From NCBI RefSeq assembly GCF_009914755.1, contig NC_060938.1: a DNA stretch of 64,000 bases, one strand, 5' to 3'. The translations under genes were made by a program, and so were the position numbers. Shown here piece after piece: positions 13,941 through 26,620 of the stretch; the first letter of the stretch is position 1, and every line of letters starts with the position of its first letter. The stretch comes from the human T2T-CHM13v2.0 reference genome, Homo sapiens. The notes under the pieces were generated by a model. The model was not told where the DNA came from. It searched no databases and saw nothing but the letters and a program-made list of their open reading frames with translations.

Positions 13941-16900
13941 AACAAGGAACAGTTCTAATTTTTTTCTCTTTGAAAAGTCTTGTGTTTGATTTGAGCTATA
14001 TTTATATGAAATATAATGAATACAAGTTGATGTGAAAAGATATTTCTCTTTCATAAAATGTTCATGTTCATAGGGTAAGTTGTAAATCAAAATATGCAGG
14101 TGAATTAATTTGTTATTTATGATTGGGCATAATTTTAGTTCTTTGGGAATATTGATTTTTTAAATTTGCAACCACTTAAACATGCATTTGTGTCACCAAT
14201 CATATGCATAATTTAAAACACTGAGAAAATAATCAAGCTTCTCTGATGGAATGGTCTCGTTTTAATATTGCCTTGTCCTATTGAAAATGAATAGAAGACA
14301 CTCTCTTTATCATTTTAAATGATTAAAAGCCTACTAATAAAATTTAGGACTCTTTAAGCAGTCAAAGGCATTGTGTTTTCAAGATCATTTTATACCAAAC
14401 TTCTAGTTTTTGCTTAGAAGGGATATGTCTTTTAAAAAATTAAAATAATAAAAAAATTCAAATGAAAAGCGAATTATTATTTTTAAAAATCTGGGTTCCA
14501 TTTTACAGGCAGACATTTAAAAAATGAACTATTTTGCAAGACAACCTCACTAATTATAGAATATAGATTTTATAGGTTGTCGTGAAACATATTGTTTTGT
14601 ACTTTCAAAAACATCTATGTTATGTCTTGAAGATAAAACTTGATATTTTTAGAAGGCTCAGAACTAGTGGAAGGTTGTTAAGTTGATGGTAAGATTTTAG
14701 CTAGTGCTTGGCCTCATAGAAAGGGTACAAATGATTCCATTAGCACACTCATCTGGGCCACATGTCACCAACCACAGAGTTCTGCTGTTTTTTTATTTTT
14801 TGTTTTGAAATACTTATTTAAATTTTGAAATACTTCAAATTGGTGTCCTTGATTTGAGACAGTAGAATAGACCATCGTCCACGTTGCCTTTTAAAAAAAA
14901 TCTTCAAAATCATATACAATGATTTATGTCTAGATGGTGCGATTTCTAAAGCAGACCCATTTCTAGTTTGAGAGATCTATTTATTTTCTTAAACAGGTCT
15001 CAGAGTGAGAACAATGTCTTCTATGATGAGTGGCAAACACAACAAGGGTAAGAAATGAATTGGGAACATAGTGCTCACTATATAAAGAACATCTTCTAGA
15101 CTAGGTTGTAAAAAACCTATTGCAGAGTTATAGTGTACCAAAATTAATAACCTAGGAATCACTGCCAAGAAAACTTTATTCGATATTAACATTAATATTT
15201 TTTCACAAAATAGTTTTAGTCACTGGGCTACCAGGTCTTCTCTTCTAATTTTATTTTAGTTTTGAAATTAGCCTTCTTTATTGGGTACCTTTATGCCTGT
15301 CACTTTCCTGTTGTTAGCTAGTGTTACAACAGAGAAACCTTTGTTCCTTCTATCTCCTTGAAGAATATAACTTTTTCCCTACCCTTCAGGGAGCTTAACT
15401 GAGTCATAGGCTATGTTAATATCATTTGAAGTTAAGGAAAAGCATATATTTTCAATGATAATGTGGAGTGTCAGTTTTCTTCTGAGTACCAAGACTACAG
15501 ATTAGGATAACAGAGATGAGGGATTCTGCCTTTGAATTCACTGAAACTCTTTTTTATTCAATGGACTCAAGCTTAGAATGTGACAAATAGTACCTACTTT
15601 GGAGTTTAAAGAGCTATACCTGAAAGCAAAGGAATACTTTAAGTCACCATAGAACAGAGGTGAAAGTCAGGGTACTTTATATTAGTTCAATGATGATTTT
15701 CCAGAGTATAAGAAAATTATAGTTGAAGGTGCAAGTATTTTTCTTCTTAAGAACTGAAAGCAAATAAGAAAGGGTATTTATTCAGTTACTAAAGAAAATT
15801 TCAGCAAAAATGGGAAGCCGCCATGCATTTGTGAAACATTTTGCTTTACGCCCATTATTTAAAGTTATTATTTATCATCTAAAATAGTCAAATACTGACA
15901 ACCCCACGTTACAGCTTAGAATAAAAGAGAAACCTTGAGTTTATGGGCTTACTCAAGAAGTTGTCAAATTATTAAAAGAGGCAAAGATGAGTTTTAACCT
16001 TTTCTTTTTAAAATACTTCCCATATTTTTAATTTTTCTTTTTGCCAAGACATATAATACTTTATTATTTTTGTCACGTTAAAGTCAATTCTCCATTTTGA
16101 AAGGCCCCATAAAGCTACACCATCCATAGCATCTCCTGCAGTGACTTTTCAGTGAAAAAATCTCATCATACCCATATTGAAATGGAATTAAAGTACTAAA
16201 TTACTTCATTTACAATGGAACTATTATATGGAAGTCATTAACATTTTAGTACAAGTTAGTTTCTAGTATTATCATCTTGATAATATTACCAAAGTTCTAC
16301 TTGGAGTTGGACAGAGGGCTATGTCTGAATCCCCACTTGGCCATAGACTTCTGCACAAAATTCATATCATGAGGGATCTGGGGGAATCTTCCTGAGAAAG
16401 AAGAGAATGGCATCAATAATGGTGGTGTGCCATCTTCCTCAAATGGCTTACGAGTCTCTGACTTCTGTGAGGTGAGCAGAGATAAAGTGACACCCCTTCC
16501 TGGAAACAACTGAAGCCCTTCCTTGAGAATGCCAGAAGGTGAGCTTTGAGGAAAAGATGAAGTGTAAAATTAAATAAGCCCTTGCAACAATTTGAGTATT
16601 TGTGTATGTGTGACCATTCTTATGGTCACAGGCAGTTGAAAAGGTGTTGTTTAGAGTTTGACTGATTTTTCCATAAGCTGTAGTCGGACTGGGCTGATAC
16701 TTAGATTGCTGGACCTCCATCAGCCAGAAGAGACTACTACTACATTGCCAAAAGTTGTGACTTTTAAAATTTCCCTGCTTAAGTTCCATATTTTCTCAGT
16801 GACAATGCATATTTTAAGCTGATTTTGTTTTTGTGTAAAGTTCTCAGTTGAACCAAGCTTTCTAAAAAAAAAATGTATGAAAAAAAGTGTTATTTTCCCG

Positions 16901-17417
16901 GAGTTTAGAGTAATTGCTCCTAGGGTGTCTCCAAGTTTTCATGGCTACACAGTGCTCCTCAGCCTCTTGGCAGGTTCTCTTAAGTACAGAAACTTCAACC
17001 CCTGTGGAAGGTTGCACAGAGCACTGGAACTAAGTGATGGGACAACGAATCGAAAATCCAGGCAAGGCATAGCACATTTGGAGTGATCCTGCCAGAGATG
17101 GCAGGAGGATAGGGAACATTGAGGGGAGAAAACTAGAGAGACAGGGTGTGTGATCCCTCTGGGCAAGACCACAGTAGTCACTATAAGCCTTTCTTCTTCC
17201 CTGAAGTCTTTCTATTCTATTCGGATTGGCTGCAGCATAAATAACAGAGTAACAATTTCACATTCACATACCGGTTCAGAGATGCTGAGTTTTTGACATC
17301 TAGCTCTGAAATTTACCTACCCACAACACTGGGCTTCTTCCTGAGATTCTTCTTTTTAAGTGTCTAGGGGTTGAAAATAAAATCTTTATTTTATTCTGCA
17401 TGCTGGTAATTTGTGTC

Positions 17418-17480
17418 TTTCTTTTATTATTTTTTTAAATTTTAATTATACTTTAAGTTTTAGGGTACATGTGCACAATG
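17418..17480 (-). mobile_element. L1PA 3' terminus plus A tail
   Basis: attatactttaagttttagggtacatgtgcacaatg is the reverse complement of a young L1PA 3' end. Confidence 0.9.
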
Positions 17481-17572
17481 GCCGGGCTGGTCTCAAACTC
17501 CTGACCTCATGATCTGCTCGCCCTGGCCTCCCAGGGTGCTGGGATTGCGGGCATGAGCCACTGCACCTGGCC
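17479..17572 (-). mobile_element. Alu 5' ~94 nt only
   Basis: left-monomer start, fused directly to the L1 3' end. Confidence 0.92.
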
Positions 17573-17769
17573 AACTTACTCTCTATACATTGATTTACTT
17601 TTTTATTTTAAAATATCTTTGCATTCCCAGTAGAAACCCTAGTAGGTAAAAAAAAAATTATTGTTTGTAAACCCTACTTCTTTGATGTTATGCATCTACA
17701 GCTAAAGATTTCCCATTAAGCAAGGCAGGAGCTGTATTTCACACATTATAAAATGTTTTATTTTACTAT

Positions 17770-17975
17770 CTTTCAGTTCAAAATACATATTAATTATTCC
17801 TGTAATTTTATCTTTAACATATGGCTTTTACATAATTTTAAATAATACTTTTTAAATTTTAAATTAAATTTTAAATACTTTTAAATAATAAAAGTATGCT
17901 AGTTAATTTAAAAAAAAGAAAAAATATTTGATAATTTCCATGTATTAATGATTTCAGTCTAATCTATTCTGCATT
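17770..17975 (-). mobile_element. degenerate L1M fragment
   Basis: cctgtaattttatctttaacatatggct...agtatgctagttaattt resembles old L1 ORF2 antisense. Confidence 0.35.
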
Positions 17976-18019
17976 TAACCAACAATTGGTAGTTCCCAAG
18001 CTATTCCATAGTTTTAGCT

Positions 18020-18087
18020 TAAACACATAACACATGCTTAATAAACATTAGTTGAATGAATGAATGAATAAATGAATGAATGAATGA
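18020..18087 (+). mobile_element. L2 3' tail with (TGAA)n
   Basis: gcttaataaacattagttgaatgaatgaatgaa. Confidence 0.75.
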
Positions 18088-18307
18088 CTAAAGACTTTCA
18101 GGACCTGGAAGGGAGGATGTAAAGAACCCAGGGCCAAGTATCATGCAAGCACCAGAGCATCTAGATCCCCTCCGGACACCAGCTTCCTTTCCCACAACCC
18201 AAATGTTCTTTTCCTTTTATGAATTTTCTTTAATCGTGACAAAATATATATAATATAAAATATTATTTTAACTGTAAAAAAAAAAAGAAAATAAAATCTT
18301 TTCTTAC

Positions 18308-18455
18308 AGCCAGGGATTGTGGCATGGCCCCATTGTTCTAGCTGCTTGGGAGGATGAGGGGAGGATCTCCTGAGCCCAGGAGTTTGAGGCTGCAGTGAGC
18401 AATGATCATGCCACTGCACTCCAGCCCGAGTGACAGGGCAAGACCTCGTGTCTAA
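18308..18455 (+). mobile_element. FRAM / AluJ right monomer
   Basis: ggaggatctcctgagcccaggagtttgaggctgcagtgagc. Confidence 0.88.
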
Positions 18456-18634
18456 TACACTAAAATAACTCAGAAAGAATAACACATAAAAATCACAGGA
18501 AATTATTTTAAAATATCATGTATAATTTTAATAATGGTATTTTCTTTTAACTTTCAAAACTGTTTTTGCTCCAAAGAACAAAAGCAAAAAGAATGTAACA
18601 ATAATAGTAATAGTAATAATCATGTTAATGAAAA

Positions 18635-18850
18635 AAGCAAATGTCTGTTTAATACTATATTCTAGGTTCGCATTTGTTTTGCTATTTTAATTTATTTAAT
18701 CTTCTCAACAGCCCTAAAAGATAGGTACTACTATTTTTATTATACAGATGGTAAAACTGAGGCACAGAAAAGTTATTGATTTGCTTGATTTTACACTTCT
18801 AAGAAGTTTAGAACCAGTAGTTTAACCCAGGATATCTTGCTTTCAAATAA
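18635..18850 (-). mobile_element. MIR SINE
   Basis: tacagatggtaaaactgaggcacagaaaagtt. Confidence 0.8.
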
Positions 18851-18859
18851 AAACTCTTT

Positions 18860-19060
18860 GGCCGGGTGCGGTGGCTCACGCCTGTAATCCCAGCACTTCA
18901 GGAGGTTGAGGTGGGTGGATCACCTGAGGTCAGGAGTTCAAGACCAGCCTGGCCAACATGGTGAAACCCCGTCTCTACTAAAGATACAAAAAAATTAGCT
19001 GGGCATGGTGGCACATGCCTGTAATCCCAGCTACTCGGGAGGCTGAGGCAAGAGAATTGC
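18860..19060 (+). mobile_element. AluSx-like, 3'-truncated
   Basis: ends abruptly at gagaattgc with no tail. Confidence 0.95.
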
Positions 19061-19160
19061 ATCTCTATTTGCAAATAAGGAGACTGAGGTGTAGAGAAAC
19101 TTCCACAAAAAGTAGTAAGTAACTAGAAATGAGATTCCAACCAAAGTATACCTAAATCCA
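19061..19160 (-). mobile_element. MIR fragment
   Basis: tttgcaaataaggagactgagg core. Confidence 0.6.
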
Positions 19161-19552
19161 CATCTTTCTCTTAAGGTTTATTTCGAAACCTAAGTTATTT
19201 TCTACTGTAGAAATCAAGAATTGTGAAAATAAAAATTTAAATCTTTCTACAATATTATTTGTGGGAAAGAAAATGGAATAAGTTATGTTATTCGTGGTTT
19301 TATGGAGGTTGCATAAATTCAGTCTTTGAAGAAGTTATTTGAGAATGTATGTGGTCTTTTTCAGCACTTCAACTCATAGTGCTCCATATCTACCTCGTAT
19401 TAAGGGTGACAATTTATACATAACACATTTTTTAAAAAGCAATTTCTTTTACTATGGACTGATCTTGCTTTGGAGTCCAACTACTATTAATGAACAAAAG
19501 AAGTTTTAGTTTTTTAGCTATAGATAGTTCATCTCTTCCAGTGTAAAACAGT

Positions 19553-20108
19553 TGTGGTGAGTGTAAAGTATTTCCTATATTCTTTGGTACTTATTTCTTC
19601 AGAAGATGGAGCCTGATTCCCTTCCCTTGAGTGTAGGCTTACTTAGTGACTTGCTTCCAACAAAAGGAATGTGGTGAAACTGACAACGTGTAACTTCTGA
19701 AATTAAAACAGAAAAGCATTGTAGTTTCGTCTTTGTGCTTTCTCTGTATCATTCACTTTGAAGAAAGCCAAGTGCCATGTCGTGATCACACTCAAAAAGC
19801 CCTATAGAGATGCCCATGTGGCAAGGAACTGAGGCCTCTACCCAGTAACTAGTGAGGAAGTGAGGCCTCCTGCCAACAGCCATGTGAATGAGTTTGAAAG
19901 CAGATGTTGAAGCCTCAATTAAGCCTTCAGATGATAGAAGCCCTGGCTAAAATCTTACTTGCCCTTCCGTGTAAAACCCAGAGGCAGAACCACTAAGCTA
20001 AGCCATTCCTGAATTCCTGACCTATAGATATTTGAGAAAACAAATGTTGTTGTTATAAGCCACTGAGTTTGGAGGTAATTTGTTGCATAGGAATACGTAA
20101 TTAATACA
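19553..20108 (+). mobile_element. MLT1F-like MaLR solo LTR
   Basis: TG...CA ends; catgtggcaaggaactgaggcc, gccaacagccatgtgaatgag, taagccactgagtttggaggtaatttgtt. Confidence 0.85.
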
Positions 20109-20699
20109 ATCGTCTTTGTCAGCTAATATCCAGTCAATTCCAAATTCAAAATCCCTAACAGGGTTAGTTCTTCCAATATTCCTCGGAGGGTCTGTTTTTT
20201 CTCACCTCCTTTTCAAGTTGGTATATGGCTACAGAGGAAAGCTCATGATGGAGGTGTTTTGAACTGTCTTCTGGTCATTCTCCTTGGCATGAGAGGACCC
20301 TCATTCCACTTGGACTCTTTCTTTTTTCACTGAAGTCCACTGAGGGATTGCTCTCATTTGAACATCATCCTGGAATCTACACCTGTTGATTGTTAACTTG
20401 GCCATTGCTTCCGGTCATAAAATACTTGCAACCTATAGTCTTTGCTGTGGCCCCAGTTCTCCTTTTATTGACTTGTATTTCCAGCAGTTGTGCATGTGGA
20501 ACTTTGCATGTCCTTCATAAGAGGTATGGGCCTCAAGGAATCTGATGCTCCACCACCAGCACAGATTATTATTAATTTGTTGCTCTTGAGGCACCATACT
20601 CTTCGATGCTATGTTTTATGTGGAGTTTCTCTAAGGTCTTTACAGTTTTTCTTGGCTACTTGAGGACCAAAGAACAAATCTGTTCACTGGGAATCTCTC

Positions 20700-22533
20700 A
20701 AAATTTTCCTTATTATAATCACAAAATATTGGAAGCAGCCTAAATATCCATATATAGAAAGTCATTAAATAAACTATGGCACACAATTGAGTGTCACGTA
20801 TATTTTCAGAATATATTGTTATATGAGAAAAACAAAATCCAAAAACATCTATACTATGTGACTGTTCATCTAAGAAAGAAAGAGGTATAAGAAAATATGT
20901 ATTGCTCATTTGTGGAAAAGAACTATAAGAAGGATAAAAGAGAAACCAATGAGATTAGTTACGTATCAGGGGTGGGTGGGAAAGAGGTGAACGTAAGGGG
21001 AAATGGAAACATGGTATAGGGTTGGAGGAGAAACAACACTTCGTGAATGTATGTCTCTATAGCTCCTATTTTAAAACCACGGTATTACTTCACATACTCC
21101 TCCCCCTTGTACTCTCCCCCAATTTAACATTACAGGGTTCATTGTAGTCTTTTCCCATTCTCATTTGTAACCTCATTCTCTGACAGTCAGAAACAGGGGT
21201 CTTGTTATTTACATTATATTTACTTACTTGTTCGAGTGATAGAGGAATCTCAAGAGCCCACAAGAACAAAATTTAAAGAGCTCACAATGGTAATAGCTGG
21301 ACTAATTTGGAACAACTTAAATAATGCTAGATTTGGATTATGACTCATAGAATAAAATAAAGATCATGGTTTCATATGGATATAAATATATAAATGAAAA
21401 AGTAAGTTAGTGGGAGAGAAGACACAGGTCCCTTTTCTGGTAGAATATAAATTAATAATGTAGAAGGAATACCGAAAATAGAAAATAACTGTTAAGCAAA
21501 TACCGCAGAAATACATGTCATATCTATCTGTCTGTATATATATTGTTCAAACCATCAGCAGATGCTAAAATTAATGAGTGATGACAAACAGGATATTTAC
21601 ACAGTTTCAAAGTATTTTCTCACAAGATATTTATTAATTATGAAGGGAAAATATTAGCATTACAATAGAGAAACCTGGTAGACAATGTTTAGTGATTAGC
21701 ATTAACATTACTAGTAATGAGATATTATGCCATCATATGTTTCATGATATGATGTACTGAGAATGGCATTACATCACTTCAGTTTTATTTTTGCCAAAAA
21801 GGAATAACCACAATCTAATTATGAGAAAACACCAGATTGACACAAATCGAGAGATATTCTAAAAAATATCTTGTATGAACTCTTCAAAAGTGTCAGGAGC
21901 ATGAAAGACAAAACAATATTAAGGAACTGTCACAGATCAAGGGCCCTAAAGAGACATGATAACTAAATGCAATATGAAATCTTGGATCAGATCTTAGATC
22001 ATAAAAAAGGATGTTAGTGGAAAACTGGCAAAATTCTAATATGGTCTGTATATTAGTTGATGATATGGTATCATTGTTAATCTCCTAGTTTTATTTATTC
22101 AATTTTCAGAGAGGGTCTCACTCTATAGCCCAGGCTAGAGTGCAGTGGCACAATCATGGCTCACTGTAGCCTTGACCTTCCAGGTTTGAGTGATCCTCCC
22201 ATCTTAGTCTCCTAAGTAGCTGGGACCACAGGCACATGCCCCCATGCCTGGCTAATTTTTGTATTTTTAGTAGAGACAGGGTTTCGCCATGTTGCCCAGG
22301 CTTGTCTCAAAATCCTGGACTTAAGTGATCTGCCCGCCTCAGCCTCCCAAAGTGCTAGGAGTATAGGTCTGAGCCACCACACCTAGCCTAATCTCCTGGT
22401 TTTAATAATTGCACTACAGTTATAAAAGATGTTAGCATTATGGGAAGCAGGTGAAGGAGGTACAAGAATTATCTGTTGTATTTTGCAACTCTTCTGTAAG
22501 TCGAAAATTGTTCTTAAAAATTTGAAAAAAAAA
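20700..22533 (+). mobile_element. L1MC3-like 3' region (internal inversion ~21122-21235; Alu insertion)
   Basis: matches recalled L1MC 3'UTR: gagaaacctggtagac, aagagacatgataactaaatgcaa, ttgcaactcttctgtaagtc. Confidence 0.8.
22093..22388 (-). mobile_element. AluJb-like
   Basis: TSD taatctcct(a/g)gtttt at 22078-22092 and 22389-22403. Confidence 0.95.
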
Positions 22534-22710
22534 CTTGGCAAAAGTGGAACTCTAATGAATTTGCCCCTTCTAAAATAACTCAAGTGTTCTAAGAATACAA
22601 TTTCAATTTGTATCAAGGTTAGTTAGTTTCAGCGGTTTGAAAAGATATATTGTATCAATTGAAGTCATTAATGATTTCAAACTAGTGTTCTGAATGTAAT
22701 CAAATAAATT

Positions 22711-22713
22711 ACA

Positions 22714-22758
<45 letters not shown>
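22711..22758. repeat. (CA)n microsatellite
   Basis: direct reading. Confidence 0.97.
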
Positions 22759-22762
<4 letters not shown>

Positions 22763-23291
22763 TTATGTATCATTCCCAGCTCTCCATTCTTTGGAGAAGG
22801 GAGAATGTTAAGAAAGGACGCTGATGATTGACCTCATGCCAGTCCCTTAATTCTGTCTGTCCTTCGTAGCTTCTTCCCCTATGGGTGAAAGAGATTTCTA
22901 TTTCCCCACCTGGAAGGAACTGATACTGTTCATTCCCTTCTCCCTCCTCAAGCAGCATAACCTCAACCTTTACTGGGAATAAAATAGCAGAAGTGTGGAA
23001 GGGCAAAAAATTCAGATGATTACTAACTCAAGATGCAGAGGCACTTAAAAATATTATTCCTGGAACACTTATAGACAGCTTAATATATTTTAATACCTGA
23101 CTATCCTCTCAACTTTGTTCCCAGAAGTTTAACTTTTTTTCTGCTTACATTGAAGGCAAGTTTGATATCTTATACATCATTTGTATCCCCATAACATATT
23201 AACAAACACCAACTAGTCAATGCATATTATCTTGATGATTTGAAGTACATTCACCACAAATCATTGAGTATAGTATTAAAGAAATGTAGGG

Positions 23292-23736
23292 CAATAGCAA
23301 AGACATGGAATCAATCCAGGTGTGCATCAGTAGTGGAGTGAATTAAGAAATTGTGGTACATATACACCCTGGAATACTATGCAGTCAGAAAAAAGAATAA
23401 AATCACGTCCTTTGAAGCAACATGGATGCAGCTAGAGACCATTATCCTAAGCGAACTAATGCAAAAACAGAAAATCAAATACCGTCTCTTCTCACTTATA
23501 AGTGGGAGCTTAACATTGGGTACACATGGACGTAAAGATGGAAACAATAGAAACTGGGGAATACAAGACACGGGAGGGAATGATGTGGGGCAAGGGTTGA
23601 AAAACCACATATTGCGTATTATGCTCCCTACCTGGGTGATGGGTTCAATTGTACTCCAAACCTCAGCATCACACAATATACCTTTGAAAAAAATCTGCAC
23701 ATGTACCCTCTGAATCTAAAATAAAAGTTGGAAAAA
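23292..23736 (+). mobile_element. L1PB4/L1PA17-like 3' end, 5'-truncated
   Basis: ORF2 C-terminal remnant MWYIYTLEYY; 3'UTR ending ctgaatctaaaataaaagttg. Confidence 0.9.
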
Positions 23737-24022
23737 GATGTGGAGGAGTGATCTATGAATAGCAAAGCCTATGATTCTCCTTCCTGCCAAAAGGGTTTGT
23801 CAATCATATGAAAAAGTTTGTCTATAGGTAACTTTAAGTTTGCCACTTTTCCTTTCAGTAGCAAAAATGTTTTCAGCTCTAGAAAATCATCACAAATACC
23901 ATCTACTTAAAGCTCATACATATTATAAATAACTACAGGATCTGTGGGAGATGAAAACCTGTGTTGGAATTCGAGGGCATCTGATTGAAAATGCTATTCA
24001 TGACCTAAACTTTCATGCTTCA

Positions 24023-24413
<391 letters not shown>

Positions 24414-25504
24414 TTAAAGACATTAAAAAAACATGTGGGATCAAAAGATGAGTAACAAATGGTGTAATATATGTGAAGATTTAATAGTAGAAAATAGCTC
24501 ATACAATATTAGAGCTAGTTGAAAAATCAAAGCCTTAGAGTCAAAGGTATAGGCATTTTGGCTGGTATAGGAAAGTAAATTCTGAAAATGTTGTTTACCT
24601 AGAAAATATAATGATTTAATTTTCTAATTTTTATGTGCATTTAATTACATTTTTTAAGCTATGACTTCTGTTTATGTGCTGACATGCTACGAATGAACTT
24701 GTATTTTTTACAGGATTATGTTTCAATCTTATTGAAAATTCTATATTCATACTGAACAAAAATGGTAAACTGATTTAATTCATTAGAAAAAGGAGGACAC
24801 TTCATCTTGAAGGTGTCAGCTGCTTTTACAAACAGCCTTGAGTAGTTGCTATTTTTAAATTTTCTTTTATTCACTATCTGTGGATGAGCAATTGCATTTT
24901 TTTCACTTTTCATTATTTTAGAGTTGCAGATTACTGTAAAAATACCACTTTTGGCCCATTTAATTTGGGATAAATAGTTGCAATTGGGATAGTTATTCTA
25001 TTTTAAAAGGCAAAACAGTTGTTAATTTCTTGTAAAATTCTTTTGCCAAATTATGTGTGGTCATTCTAGAGAAAAGAAAAACAAAAAATCTTCTGTTGGC
25101 ATTACTGGGTATTCCCCATGTACAGTAATAATAATGCCAAACCCAGAACCATTATTATCTGCTCCGTTAACTGAAAGACACAACCCCTCTATCTTTTATC
25201 TGGTAGCCAACTGAATGCTCACTGAATAGTATCTTCTTCTTAAGTATTGAAATATAAATTTTACTATTACTATGTTTATAAACTTCAACTTAGGAAAAGA
25301 TGTGTTGTTACAGTTTTGAAATAACAATCTAAAGTGGAGTTATGATTAAACTGAAAGGGGACACGTTTGGGTGAACGCAGAGTTGGAAAAAAACAATGAT
25401 TTGGCATATCGCTAGCATACACAACAAGTGTACCTGTGTGTCTCTTGATCAAATAATTTATACTAAAAATGGAAACAAATATTAAAAATATGGCTTATAT
25501 AACA

Positions 25505-25595
25505 TAATGGTAACAGCTAACATGTACTAAGATCTTACTCTGTGACAGCCTGTTAAGCCCTTTTCATACATTATCTTACCTATTTTTCATATAGG
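25505..25595 (-). mobile_element. MIR fragment
   Basis: taacagctaacatgtactaagatcttactctgtgacag. Confidence 0.55.
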
Positions 25596-26048
25596 ACTAA
25601 CATAACATGAAGCTGCTTTCAAAGAGTTCTCTGGAACCCATTCGTTTCATAATTTTTCTAACTGTTAATATAAGTAGCCATATATTTATCTTTTCAATGT
25701 AATTCTTTTATATGATGGATGTTTTTAAAGTTATACACTCTTTATTGAGAATCAGATGCTGATATTCCATGAATCTGCTTAAGATTGAATTCATCCTTAT
25801 ATTCCTAAAATTTTTATTTGAAAAGCACATGAGTTTGCATGTTCAAGGTAAATAAGTCCCCAAAATAAACTTTACCTAGCATAGTAAAAAAATATATGAA
25901 AGCTTAATGGATAAAAAACAACATCGACACCTTCATTTGCAATAATTGCAAGAATAGTAGAAATGTGCTTTATATTCCAGAAACTCCTTTAACTTTTACA
26001 AGGTTTAGTCATCCTGCCTCAAACTTTAAGAGTTTATGTTTTTTCTTC

Positions 26049-26620
26049 TGTTAAAGTATGCCCCTGGTCCACAGACAAAATGGACTCCCTGTGGCTAACT
26101 GAGGTGCTCAAAGTTAAAACAGAACCATATGGCCATATCCGGGTAAGCCAGCAGTCACATAATCTGTGTGTTCAGGAAGATGTAAAAGTATCACAGAATC
26201 TCCCTTCTACAGTCAATCTAAACTAGTTTCTATTGGTGCTGCTGGAAACTCCTTCCCCTCATTTGAAAGATAAGTAGGACAGAGACTTCTGGTTTTGGGC
26301 CTGGAAACCAACCAACCAGGGTTCACCTGCTCCAGCTATTTGGGGCTCAGTTTTATCAACTAATCAGAGCTCAGCTGTACTGCCTAATCAGAAGTCAGCT
26401 GTGCCAACCAGTCAGAACTAAGCAAGCTTCAATCCTTCATGTGCATAAAGGGACCTGATTAGGAACCTGGGTGGGAGGTTTTGCTCTAACATCCTATGGC
26501 TCTCTTAGTTCTCTAAAATGCATTTTTGTTTTACATAGAAAGTTGTGTCTCCTGGTTTGCAAATTGTTCACTGGGAAAACTCTTTCCTCCAAATTCTTGT
26601 TCAGAGAACTTTTGGTCACA
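26049..26620 (+). mobile_element. ERV1 solo LTR (MER67-like, subfamily tentative)
   Basis: TG...CA termini; perfect 4-bp TSD cttc at 26045-26048 and 26621-26624; internal CCAATCAG-type repeats. Confidence 0.85.

Noticed and set aside
17087-17106. 8-bp stem with GAGA tetraloop
   Set aside because: About one such stem is expected by chance in 64 kb.
24700-24770. Possible 51-nt plus-strand exon (tttttacag|...atg|gtaaac)
   Set aside because: Weak donor, AT-rich and unrecognisable peptide.
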